DNA from: Sedimentisphaera cyanobacteriorum
GTDB taxonomy: Bacteria > Planctomycetota > Phycisphaerae > Sedimentisphaerales > Sedimentisphaeraceae
DNA: 32,000 nucleotides
Direction: 5' to 3'
Assembly (NCBI RefSeq): GCF_001997385.1
Contig: NZ_CP019633.1
Span: forward strand, 330,001 to 362,000
The first letter of the stretch is position 1. Each line of letters starts with the position of its first letter. Positions 7,286 through 18,671 of the stretch are shown here, piece after piece. The notes under the pieces were generated by a model. The model worked only from the letters and a program-made list of their open reading frames with translations. It searched no databases and was not told where the DNA came from. A program made the position numbers and the translations under genes.

Positions 7286-7408
7286 TTAATCATCTATCAT
7301 TTCCTCGAACGAAAGCATTGTTGAGAATTTATTAATCTGGCAGATAAACCGGAATACAGGGCAGTGAAAGACAGGCTCAGTAAATCGCTGCCTATATTTT
7401 TGAAATAG
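7286..7408 (+). pseudogene. Possible relic of a sulfatase gene 3' end
   Basis: One frame reads LIIYHFLERKHC*EFINLADKPEYRAVKDRLSKSLPIFLK*. This resembles the common sulfatase C-terminus (LYDLxxDPxExxNLAxxPEYxxVxxxLxxxLP) but carries an in-frame TGA at 7322, and no upstream ORF is present. Confidence 0.3.
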
Positions 7409-7427
7409 TATTTTATGAGGGGATAAT

Positions 7428-9854
7428 ATGAACAGACATTTGTCAATTTTCTTTTTGATTTTATTTGCTGCAGCAGGTTTTTCTTACGCTGATTCAGTTA
7501 ATATCAGCATAAACTGCGATGAAAAGAAAGCTGAAATCAGCGACCATTTATATGGAATCTTCTTTGAAGATATAAATTTTGCAGCAGACGGAGGGCTTTA
7601 CGCCGAACTCGTGCAGAACAGGTCTTTCGAGTACCACACTGTACCGGGAAGGAATCCACTGCGAGATAAGTATCACCCGCTTTATGCTTGGAAGAAAATT
7701 GAAAGAAATGGCAGCAAATGCAGACTAACTTCCGAGCGTGAGATACCTCTGAACAGAAACAATCACCATTATCTTACCGTTCATATTGACGAGGCAGGCG
7801 AGGCCGGAGTTATGAACACCGGCTACGACGGCATACCGCTGGACAGGGGGGCGAAATACGATTTCTCCGTTTATGCCCGAAGAGAAGGTAGGATTTCCAA
7901 GCTGAATATTGCCCTTGAAACGCAGGATGGTAAGGTTTGCGGAAACGCAGCTGTACAAGGCCTGCAGGCAAACTGGAAGAAATTTGAAACTACGATTCAA
8001 TCACGCATAACAACAGATAACGCAAGGCTGGTGGTAACCGCAGAAAACACCGGAAAGCTTCATCTGGATATGGTCTCGCTTTTCCCGCAGGACACATTCA
8101 AGGGAAGAAAAAACGGGCTCAGAAAAGACCTCGCCCAGGCCCTGGCAGACCTTGAGCCGAAATTTATGCGTTTCCCGGGCGGCTGCATCTCACACGGCCA
8201 CAGTCTCGAAAATGCCTATCGCTGGCCGGATACGGTAGGTGATACTGCAAGCCGCAGGGGCAACTGGAATCTCTGGGGCTACCATCAAACATACGGCCTC
8301 GGATTCTTCGAATATTTTCAGTTTTGCGAGGATATCGGTGCAGAGCCTCTCCCTGTAGTTCCTGTGGGAGTTTCCTGCGGGTTCAGGCCTCCGTATGAAT
8401 GTGCACCGATGGATGAGCTTGATGAATGGATTGACGAAGCTCTGAATTTGATAGAATTCGCCAACGGCGATACTAACACCGAATGGGGCAGCCTCCGTGC
8501 TGAGATGGGGCATCCGGAATCTTTCGAGATGGAATATATCTGTCTCGGCAATGAAGAGCACGACCGCCCCGAACTCCACGAGCGTTTTCCTCATTTCGTA
8601 AAGGCCATTCGGGAAGAATATCCCGATATAAAGATAATCGGCACCTCCGGGCTCGGCACGGAAATACCCCTTTACCCGCTTATGGACAAACTCAATGTTT
8701 ACAGCTCCGATGAGCATTACTATATGGCTCCGGAGTGGTACTTGAACAATGACACGCGCTTCGATGATTTCGACCGCAGCAAGCCGCTGATATTTGTTGG
8801 CGAGTATGCCTCGCAGGGAAATACGCATTACAATGCTGTTGCAGAGGCCGCCTTCCTTACAGGTGTCGAGCGGAACGCAGATATCGTAGATATGACCTGC
8901 TACGCCCCGCTCTTCGCCCACAAAAATCATACCCAGTGGAGAGCGGCAGACCTGATCTGGTTCGATAAGCGTGAGGTTGTCAAAACCCCGAACTACTATG
9001 TTCAGCAGATGTTCAGCAAAAACGCCGGCGATTATTATCTCGGCAATGAGGTTGAAGTGGCTAAAGACCGGGAGCCTGAAACTGTTAGCGGAGGCGTTGG
9101 CATTGGCACATGGAATACAAAAATTGAGGCAGCCGAAGCGAAAGTAAACGGCAGAAAGCTTGATCTTTCTCGTTTCGAAGAAAGCTCAGGTGATTTCGAT
9201 TTCAGCGCAGGCAGGCTCTCTCAGAAAGACGGCACAGCGAGGCCTGCAATAAGCTTTTCTCCAAAAGATTTCAGCGGCGAAAAAATAACCTACTCCGTCC
9301 GCGCACGCAAAACAGCAGGTGATGAGGGATTTCTGATAGTTTTCGGAGCTGAAGACAGCGATACATACTATTGGTGGAATATCGGCGGCTGGGGCAATTC
9401 CCAGCACGCAATCGAGAAAACCGTCAATGGACGCAAATCCGTGCTCACACAGAAAAACGGAAGCATAAAGCCCAACCGCTGGTATGAGATGAAAGTTGAG
9501 CTAATTCCCGGGCGCATCCGCTGCTATCTGGACAATAAACTCATCCACGATTACAGCCTCGAGAAGAAAACCTTGTTTGCATCAGCAACTTTAGATGAAA
9601 ATGCCGGCGAAGTGGTTGTGAAGCTGGTAAACTCCTCAGATAAGCCGGCAGATGCCCGAATTAAATTGAATAATGTTAGAACAGCTGCCAAAAGGGCGGA
9701 AGTGAAGCTCATTGCAGGCGAACGCGATGCTGAGAACACCTTCGAAAACCCTGAAAGAATAAAACCCGAAACAATGAAAATTAGAGCAGGCAGAGAGTTT
9801 GAATATAATGCTCCTGCAATGAGTGTGCAATTTATAAAAATTAAAGTAGATTAA
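7428..9854 (+). CDS. abfA: Secreted GH51 alpha-L-arabinofuranosidase with an N-terminal CBM-like module and a concanavalin-like module
   Basis: 808 aa. Signal peptide MNRHLSIFFLILFAAAGFSYA. RFPGGC, acid/base CLGNEE and nucleophile FVGEYA fit GH51. A YYWWNIGGWGN beta-sandwich module is present. SD GAGGGG upstream. Confidence 0.85.
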   Translation: MNRHLSIFFLILFAAAGFSYADSVNISINCDEKKAEISDHLYGIFFEDINFAADGGLYAELVQNRSFEYHTVPGRNPLRDKYHPLYAWKKIERNGSKCRLTSEREIPLNRNNHHYLTVHIDEAGEAGVMNTGYDGIPLDRGAKYDFSVYARREGRISKLNIALETQDGKVCGNAAVQGLQANWKKFETTIQSRITTDNARLVVTAENTGKLHLDMVSLFPQDTFKGRKNGLRKDLAQALADLEPKFMRFPGGCISHGHSLENAYRWPDTVGDTASRRGNWNLWGYHQTYGLGFFEYFQFCEDIGAEPLPVVPVGVSCGFRPPYECAPMDELDEWIDEALNLIEFANGDTNTEWGSLRAEMGHPESFEMEYICLGNEEHDRPELHERFPHFVKAIREEYPDIKIIGTSGLGTEIPLYPLMDKLNVYSSDEHYYMAPEWYLNNDTRFDDFDRSKPLIFVGEYASQGNTHYNAVAEAAFLTGVERNADIVDMTCYAPLFAHKNHTQWRAADLIWFDKREVVKTPNYYVQQMFSKNAGDYYLGNEVEVAKDREPETVSGGVGIGTWNTKIEAAEAKVNGRKLDLSRFEESSGDFDFSAGRLSQKDGTARPAISFSPKDFSGEKITYSVRARKTAGDEGFLIVFGAEDSDTYYWWNIGGWGNSQHAIEKTVNGRKSVLTQKNGSIKPNRWYEMKVELIPGRIRCYLDNKLIHDYSLEKKTLFASATLDENAGEVVVKLVNSSDKPADARIKLNNVRTAAKRAEVKLIAGERDAENTFENPERIKPETMKIRAGREFEYNAPAMSVQFIKIKVD

Positions 9855-9865
9855 GAGGTTAATTT

Positions 9866-11533
9866 ATGGCTTACACAATAGGACTGGACTTCGGTTCAAA
9901 TTCAGTAAGAAGCGTTATCGTTGATACAGCAGACGGAAAAGAGCTGAGCTCGAGCGTTTGGGTTTATGAGTCCGGCGAAGAGGGAATCCTTCTTGACTCC
10001 TCAGACCATAATCTCGCACGCCAAAACCCTGCTGATTATCTCAAAGGAATTGAAATAACAGTAAATGAGGCGATTAAAAAGGCTGAGAGCGACCCGCACT
10101 TTTCTGCTGATAAAATTGTCGGGATAGGCGTTGATACAACCGGCTCCACTCCGATGCCTGTTGACGCTGAAAACTGCGCCCTGAATGAGAACCCGAAATT
10201 CAAGGACAACCTTAACGCTTATGCTTGGCTCTGGAAAGACCATACCGCCCATAAGGAAGCAGAAAAAATCACCCAGACAGCACGCAGGGACTTCCCGGAG
10301 TATCTGGCAAAATGCGGCGGGACATACTCATCCGAATGGTTCTTCAGCAAGATATGGCACTGCCTAAATGCGGCGCCGGAGGTGTACAATGCAGCAGAAA
10401 GCTGGGTGGAAATTTGCGATTGGATTCCTGCTGTCATGTGCGGAATAACCAGCCCGAAGGATATAGTAAGAAGCAGATGCGCAGCAGGGCATAAGGCAAT
10501 GTTCAGCTCCCAGTGGGGCGGGCTTCCTTCAAATGAATTCCTCGAAAAGCTCTCGCCTGAGCTTGCCGGCCTGACCGATAAGCTCTACAGCGAAACCCTT
10601 ACAAACGATAAGCTCGCAGGCAGGCTCAGCGGCAAGTGGGCTGAGAAGCTCGGCCTAAAGCCCGGAATTGCTGTTGGAGTGGGCGCTTTCGATGCACATT
10701 ACGGAGCGATCGGAAGCGGCATAAGGACTGGAACTATGGTTAAGATTATGGGCACAAGCACCTGCGATATTATAGTTTGGCCGAGTGATAAGCCTCTTGA
10801 AGACATTCCGGGTATATGCGGAATCGTTGATGGTTCGGTTCTGCCTAACTGCTACGGAATTGAGGCAGGGCAGTCTGCTGTGGGCGATATCCTGAACTGG
10901 TATGTAAACTATCTCAAGCCTGAAGGTGATAAATGCTCTCATCAGGACCTCACAGAAAAGGCAGCCAAGCTCAAACCCGGCGAAACAGGCCTCCTCGCTC
11001 TGGACTGGAACAACGGCAACAGAACCATCCTTGTTGACCAGCGCCTCACAGGCCTGATTATGGGGCAGACCCTCCAAACAAGACCAGAAGAGATCTACCG
11101 AGCGCTCATCGAGGCTACTGCATTCGGAGCCCTCAGGATTATCAACCGAATAGAAGAATACGGCGTGCAAATTGAAAACCTCATTTGCTGCGGCGGGATT
11201 GCTGAGAAGAATCCTGTATTTATGCAGATCTATGCTGATGTGCTCGGACGCGAGCTGAAGGTTTCCAGCTCCAGCCAAACCTGCGCTCTTGGGGCAGCTA
11301 TGGGTGCAGCGGTTGCAGCGGGCGAATTTGCTGATTTCGATGAGGCCGCAAATGCTATGACAGGCGTTAGAGAGCAGGCTTACAAACCGAATCCTGAAAA
11401 CGGCAGGGTTTACCAAAAACTCTACGGGCTCTATTGCCAGATTCACGATCAGTTTGGAATCGGGCAGGGCGGCGATCTTGGAAACGTAATGAAAGATCTT
11501 CTCGAGATAAAGGAGAAGGCAGCAAATGCTTGA
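9866..11533 (+). CDS. araB: Ribulokinase (FGGY family)
   Basis: 555 aa. YTIGLDFGSNSVR N-terminus and GGIAEKNPVFMQIYADV near the C-terminus. The length and the adjacent araD fit AraB. SD AAGAGG upstream. Confidence 0.85.
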   Translation: MAYTIGLDFGSNSVRSVIVDTADGKELSSSVWVYESGEEGILLDSSDHNLARQNPADYLKGIEITVNEAIKKAESDPHFSADKIVGIGVDTTGSTPMPVDAENCALNENPKFKDNLNAYAWLWKDHTAHKEAEKITQTARRDFPEYLAKCGGTYSSEWFFSKIWHCLNAAPEVYNAAESWVEICDWIPAVMCGITSPKDIVRSRCAAGHKAMFSSQWGGLPSNEFLEKLSPELAGLTDKLYSETLTNDKLAGRLSGKWAEKLGLKPGIAVGVGAFDAHYGAIGSGIRTGTMVKIMGTSTCDIIVWPSDKPLEDIPGICGIVDGSVLPNCYGIEAGQSAVGDILNWYVNYLKPEGDKCSHQDLTEKAAKLKPGETGLLALDWNNGNRTILVDQRLTGLIMGQTLQTRPEEIYRALIEATAFGALRIINRIEEYGVQIENLICCGGIAEKNPVFMQIYADVLGRELKVSSSSQTCALGAAMGAAVAAGEFADFDEAANAMTGVREQAYKPNPENGRVYQKLYGLYCQIHDQFGIGQGGDLGNVMKDLLEIKEKAANA

Positions 11534-12215
11534 AGAACTCAAAGAACAGGTTTGCAGGGCAAATCTTGAGCTTTCAGAAAGCGGGCTTGTAATACTCAGC
11601 TGGGGAAATGTTAGCGGGATAGACCGAAACAAAGGCATATTCGCTATAAAGCCCAGCGGAGTTGACTACGCAAAGCTCAGGCCGGAGGATATTGTGCTTG
11701 TCAGACTTGATGGCGAGAAGGTGGAAGGGGATATGAAGCCGTCATCTGATACGCCCACCCATCTCGAGCTATACAGGCAGTGGGGCGGTATCGGCGGGGT
11801 TTGTCATACGCATTCCCCCTGCGCAACCGCTTACGCTCAGGCAGAAACCGAGCTGCCGTGCCTCGGTACAACCCATGCGGATCATTTTTACGGAACTGTC
11901 CCCGTTACAAGGAAAATCAGCAAAGAAGAAATCGAAAACGATTATGAGCTTAATACAGGCAAAGTAATCTGCGAACGCTTCAAAGGTATTGAACCTGAAA
12001 CAATACCCGCTGTTTTCTGCGCTGGCCACGGGCCTTTTACTTGGGGCAAAAACGCCGCAGAATCTGTAAAGAATGGAATTGTTTTGGAGATGGCATGCAA
12101 AATGGGCTTAGATACCATGAGCCTTTCCGGAAAAATGCAGGCCATTTCCCAAACACTCCTTGATAAGCATTACCTCAGAAAACACGGGAAAGACGCATAC
12201 TACGGGCAAAATTAA
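11526..12215 (+). CDS. araD: L-ribulose-5-phosphate 4-epimerase (class II aldolase fold)
   Basis: 229 aa. SWGNVSGIDR, IKPSGVDY and VCHTHSPCATAY motifs. 8-nt overlap with araB (ATGCTTGA). Confidence 0.85.
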   Translation: MLEELKEQVCRANLELSESGLVILSWGNVSGIDRNKGIFAIKPSGVDYAKLRPEDIVLVRLDGEKVEGDMKPSSDTPTHLELYRQWGGIGGVCHTHSPCATAYAQAETELPCLGTTHADHFYGTVPVTRKISKEEIENDYELNTGKVICERFKGIEPETIPAVFCAGHGPFTWGKNAAESVKNGIVLEMACKMGLDTMSLSGKMQAISQTLLDKHYLRKHGKDAYYGQN

Positions 12216-12259
12216 AACGCACTCAGTTCCCTCTGCAAATGTAGATATGGTTAGAAAGG

Positions 12260-12294
12260 GGCTGCCGGGATGTTTTTCCGGCAGCCTTATTTTA
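12260..12294 (+). terminator. Rho-independent terminator of the abfA-araBD operon
   Basis: GGCTGCCGG-gatgttttt-CCGGCAGCC (9-bp perfect stem) followed by TTATTTTA. Confidence 0.7.
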
Positions 12295-12408
12295 TGATAC
12301 AAGTTTGAAAAAGCTGAAAAAGATTTTGGTAATTTTAAGAATTATGCTATATTGAAACTGTCGTATATTAAATTTTGTATATAAATATTGTTTTGGGAGA
12401 TTTTTGAA

Positions 12409-13158
12409 ATGGGAAAAATAAGAGTTGTTCTGATTATAATTTCTGCATCAGTATTTATTTTCGCCTCATCTGCCTCGGCAGAGGAATATGGCGGAATTGA
12501 GTTTCCAAACGGCGAGCTCAGCTTTGCAGATGAGGTTATAACATACGACCCGCTCTACTCAGGCGGCCCCGCTTCAACATCAAATACAAATCCGCAGGAA
12601 GCTTTGGGAGTCCCTGATGATAACTATTTTGTTAGTTTGGGAAGAGGCGGTTTGATAGAGCTCAAGTTTGTTGACAACTTCCTCATAAACGACGGTACTC
12701 AAGAACCTGATATGCATATCTTTGAGATAGGGCCGGATGTAGAAGATACATTTGTTGCCGTGCGCCCTACGCAGGAGACAGCTGCTCTTCTTGCGGGGGA
12801 AGACTATGACAGCAACGACGACGGCTTTTATGAAATCGGCAAGGTTTCAGGCAGCACTTCATCGATAGATATTGATGCTTTTTTTGCCGGATATTCCGCA
12901 GGAGAGCTCCTGTTTGATGCTGTACAGCTGATTGATGATTATAACGAAGGCAATAACTCAGGTGCAACAGTTGGAGCGGATATTGATGCTGTTGGAGCGA
13001 TTGGTTCGGTGAGAAGCTGCGATTACGCTCTGCAGGGTGATATCAATATGGACTGCAAGGTCGATCTTTCTGATTTGGCAATTATGGCGAAAAACTGGCT
13101 TATCAACTGCAAGCAAGATCCGTCCAACCCAGCTTGCGAGCCCCTTAGTTCGGATTAA
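12409..13158 (+). CDS. Secreted protein of unknown function with a C-terminal dockerin-like Ca-binding repeat
   Basis: ATG 12409 with SD GGGAGA is preferred over TTG 12388. Signal peptide ..IFASSASAEE. C-terminus reads GDINMDCKVDLSDLAIMAKNWL (dockerin / EF-hand-like). Confidence 0.6.
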   Translation: MGKIRVVLIIISASVFIFASSASAEEYGGIEFPNGELSFADEVITYDPLYSGGPASTSNTNPQEALGVPDDNYFVSLGRGGLIELKFVDNFLINDGTQEPDMHIFEIGPDVEDTFVAVRPTQETAALLAGEDYDSNDDGFYEIGKVSGSTSSIDIDAFFAGYSAGELLFDAVQLIDDYNEGNNSGATVGADIDAVGAIGSVRSCDYALQGDINMDCKVDLSDLAIMAKNWLINCKQDPSNPACEPLSSD

Positions 13159-13300
13159 CTGAGAAGGATATTTCTCCAGCTATGATGCGGCAAATGATTT
13201 TTGACAGGTTTCACAGGATTTTATTTGCGTGTAATATGTAATTTTTACATTATTATATCAGCTGCTTTCCTGCAGCATCAATTAGAAATTATATACATTA

Positions 13301-13331
13301 AAAAAGCTCCTCAAGTTTCCCTGAGGAGCTT
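13301..13331 (-). terminator. Rho-independent terminator of the rRNA operon
   Basis: Minus strand reads AAGCTCCTCA-gggaaac-TTGAGGAGCTT followed by TTTTT, 6 nt downstream of the 5S 3' end. Confidence 0.75.
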
Positions 13332-13337
13332 CATAAA

Positions 13338-13440
13338 GCTGGCGATCACCTACTTTCGCTTAGACTATCATCGGCCTGAAGGGCTTAGCTTCTGAGTTCG
13401 GAATGGGATCAGGCGTTTCCCCTTCAGTATAGTCACCAGC
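13338..13440 (-). rRNA. rrf: 5S rRNA, unusually compact (about 103 nt)
   Basis: Reverse complement reads GCTGGTGACTATACTGAAGGGGAAACGCCTGATCCCATTCCGAACTCAGAAGCTAAGCCCTTCAGGCCGATGATAGTCTAAGCGAAAGTAGGTGATCGCCAGC. Helix I ends pair, and the CCGAACTCAGAAG and loop-E GATGATAGT/GAAAGTAGG signatures are present. Ends are accurate to a few nt. Confidence 0.9.
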
Positions 13441-13531
13441 AAGATTATTATAAGCTCAAATGAGCGTTATATTCAAAGAAAAAGAGACAGCGGATTAACG
13501 TTTACCTACGTTAAGTCAATCAATGATTGAT

Positions 13532-16340
<2,809 letters not shown>

Positions 16341-16472
16341 ACATCAATCATTAACTGACTAATGTGTTCGCCTTATTGAAAAAAACTAACTTAGGTATAT
16401 GTGTTAATCTACAGTGAAATTGTACCGCTTATTTGTATGGGTACAATTAACCTTTTCGCTATCTCTATTTAA

Positions 16473-16485
16473 TTGTTAAAGAACA
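16473..16485 (-). promoter_or_regulatory. boxA-like antitermination element in the tRNA-Ala/23S spacer (TGTTCTTTAACAA)
   Basis: 12 of 13 positions match the E. coli rrn boxA TGCTCTTTAACAA. Confidence 0.55.
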
Positions 16486-16486
16486 T

Positions 16487-16559
16487 TGGAGCTGGACGGA
16501 TTCGAACCGACGACCTTCTGGATGCAAACCAGATGCTCTCCCAGCTGAGCTACAGCCCC
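16487..16559 (-). tRNA. tRNA-Ala (anticodon UGC)
   Basis: Reverse complement GGGGCTGTAGCTCAGCTGGGAGAGCATCTGGTTTGCATCCAGAAGGTCGTCGGTTCGAATCCGTCCAGCTCCA. Cloverleaf folds, G3:U70 is present, anticodon loop is TTTGCAT. CCA is not encoded. Confidence 0.95.
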
Positions 16560-16569
16560 CTGATAACAG

Positions 16570-16643
16570 TGGGCCCGGAAGGACTCGAACCTTCGACCTC
16601 TCGCTTATCAGGCGAACGCTCTAGCCGGCTGAGCTACGAGCCC
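16570..16643 (-). tRNA. tRNA-Ile (anticodon GAU)
   Basis: Reverse complement GGGCTCGTAGCTCAGCCGGCTAGAGCGTTCGCCTGATAAGCGAGAGGTCGAAGGTTCGAGTCCTTCCGGGCCCA. Anticodon loop is CTGATAA. Confidence 0.95.
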
Positions 16644-16695
16644 ATATCTCTATGAGCCCAAGGGGTTAAACCCAAAAGCTCGATTCTGTCTCCGT

Positions 16696-16708
16696 TTGTT
16701 AAAGAGCT
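16696..16708 (-). promoter_or_regulatory. boxA antitermination element in the operon leader (AGCTCTTTAACAA)
   Basis: 12 of 13 positions match the rrn boxA consensus. Located between the candidate promoter and tRNA-Ile. Confidence 0.6.
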
Positions 16709-16837
16709 CCCTGTAACTTCCCGCTCTAAAGCGAGACACATTAATATAACTAAACTGAGCGTAATGTCAAGAAAGTTGTTTAGCTTTCTATTTCTCAACC
16801 GCACGCTTGAATTAGCCTATCAACGAGGGAACGGCGA

Positions 16838-16865
16838 ATTATAGGAACACCTGTCAATCAGTCAA
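16838..16865 (-). promoter_or_regulatory. Candidate sigma70-type rRNA promoter (TTGACT, 16-nt spacer, TATAAT) with an A/T-rich UP-like region
   Basis: Minus strand: TTGACT (16865..16860), spacer gattgacaggtgttcc, TATAAT (16843..16838). Upstream (16866-16910) is A/T-rich. About 190 nt upstream of tRNA-Ile. Confidence 0.55.
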
Positions 16866-17042
16866 TCACATTTTTTCAAAGTTTTGGTTTTTTTATAAAA
16901 AAACTGTTAAAACGCCGTTAGAAACCCTTTCAAAGAGGGTTAATTGTTAAAAGTAATTTGAAATTTTTAGAACAAAATCATCTCCTGAACAGAATTTAGT
17001 TTTAGAACTTATATTAAAGGTGTAGTTGCAAAAGGAGCAAAT

Positions 17043-18473
17043 ATGATTTATAAGGTGTTAATTATAGCAGCTGCGGCGTCTTGCGCAGCTTTCATTTTCG
17101 GATGCAGCAGGCAGTATAAGCCTCAGGCAGACAATGGAAGATATATTATTGATGATTTTTCGGGCGAAGGCACGAATAATTGGCAGTTTTTTACCGATCA
17201 GGTGATGGGAGGGGTGTCTGAGGGTAAAATGAGCAAGACTGAAGAGGGCAGGCTCAGAATGCAGGGCAGCGTTTCGCTGGAGAACAATGGCGGATTTATT
17301 TTAGTTCGTAAAGAGCTCAAGACAGATAAGGGATATTGCGATGCGAGCAGCTACGACGGGGTATGGATATCTGCAAGCGGGAACGGGAAAGAGTATTCTG
17401 TGCATATCAGAACCTCAGCGAACTGGTTTCCGTGGGAATTCTTTAAGCACGATTTTGCGGCTGCTGAGAAAAGCAAAACCCATTACCTGCCTTTCGATGA
17501 TTTTGAAAAGTACGGTACTTGGAGAAGTTTCAACCCTGCAAAAATTAAATATATTGCAGCAGCAGCGGCATTCGAGAAAATGCAGGCGGATATAGTAATT
17601 GAAGGAATCGGATTTTACAGGGAGCAAGAGATGTACAAAGAACTAACCGATAAGGAAAAGCGGGTAATTATAGACAAAGGAACTGAAAAGCCATTCACCG
17701 GAGAATACCACGACCATTACGAAGACGGGATTTATACCTGCAGAAGGTGCGGGGCGGCTTTATACCGCTCTTCGAGCAAATTCAAGAGCGGCTGCGGCTG
17801 GCCGAGCTATGACGATTCGATTGCTGGTGCAGTAAAGGAAACCCCTGATGCAGACGGCGTGCGTACAGAGATTACCTGCGCCAACTGCGGCGGGCATCTC
17901 GGCCACGTGTTCCGAGGCGAAGGCTTTACAGAAAAGAATACCAGACACTGCGTGAACTCTATATCTATGGATTTTGTCCCTGAGAGCAGGATTGAAAGGG
18001 CAGTATTTGCCTCAGGCTGTTTCTGGGGCGTTCAGCACCATCTGGGCAAGATAGACGGCGTACTTAAAACGAAGGCAGGCTACACAGGCGGTGATACCGA
18101 AAATCCTACGTATCAGCAGGTATGTTCCGGCGAGACTGGCCACGCAGAGGCGGTGATGGTAGAGTTCGACAGGGACAAAACAGACTACCAGACCGTTGCA
18201 AAGATCTATTTCGAAACGCACGACCCAACTCAGGTAAACAGGCAGGGGCCGGATATCGGAAGCCAGTACCGAAGCGAGATATTCTACTTCTCACAGGAGC
18301 AAAAGAAGACTGCCGAAAAACTTATCGGGATTCTCGAAGAAAAAGGGCTGGATGTGGCTACTAACCTTACCAAAGCGGGCCAATTCTGGGATGCTGAGAA
18401 ATATCATCAGCAGTACTACAAAAAGAACGGCAAAACCCCATACTGCCACACTTACCAGAAAAAGTTTGATTAA
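17043..18473 (+). CDS. msrBA: Exported (lipoprotein-like) tri-domain protein: CIA30-like domain + MsrB + MsrA methionine sulfoxide reductases
   Basis: 476 aa. Signal with AAFIFGC lipobox-like cysteine. CIA30 motif WQFFTDQVMGGVSEG..LENNGGF. MsrB: CRRCG, CGWPSY, CANCGGHLGHVF, RHCVNS. MsrA: GCFWGVQ, GYTGG, GHAEAV. SD AAGGAG upstream. Confidence 0.85.
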   Translation: MIYKVLIIAAAASCAAFIFGCSRQYKPQADNGRYIIDDFSGEGTNNWQFFTDQVMGGVSEGKMSKTEEGRLRMQGSVSLENNGGFILVRKELKTDKGYCDASSYDGVWISASGNGKEYSVHIRTSANWFPWEFFKHDFAAAEKSKTHYLPFDDFEKYGTWRSFNPAKIKYIAAAAAFEKMQADIVIEGIGFYREQEMYKELTDKEKRVIIDKGTEKPFTGEYHDHYEDGIYTCRRCGAALYRSSSKFKSGCGWPSYDDSIAGAVKETPDADGVRTEITCANCGGHLGHVFRGEGFTEKNTRHCVNSISMDFVPESRIERAVFASGCFWGVQHHLGKIDGVLKTKAGYTGGDTENPTYQQVCSGETGHAEAVMVEFDRDKTDYQTVAKIYFETHDPTQVNRQGPDIGSQYRSEIFYFSQEQKKTAEKLIGILEEKGLDVATNLTKAGQFWDAEKYHQQYYKKNGKTPYCHTYQKKFD

Positions 18474-18671
18474 CGTCGCGGCAATTTAGAAGGCTTATCT
18501 TTTCAAGCAGGGAATACTCTTCAAACAGGTTTTGTATTGATAAAAGGGTTGTTTTTATTACCATACACCTTTGCGCCGGATCTGATAGAGCGGGCTGCGG
18601 CAGCATTTTTGCCCGTATGCTCTGGAAGATTTAAATATATCAAGCTTTAAGGGTTACGCGAAAAGGTAATA

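Noticed and set aside
6206-11638. Long antisense ORFs opposite well-supported genes (6206..6796, 6691..7242, 8190..8930, 10655..11638; also 3760..4119, 28867..29521 and 30465..30824 elsewhere)
   Set aside because: They are shadow ORFs of genes with strong family motifs on the other strand. Their translations lack recognisable motifs and SD sites.
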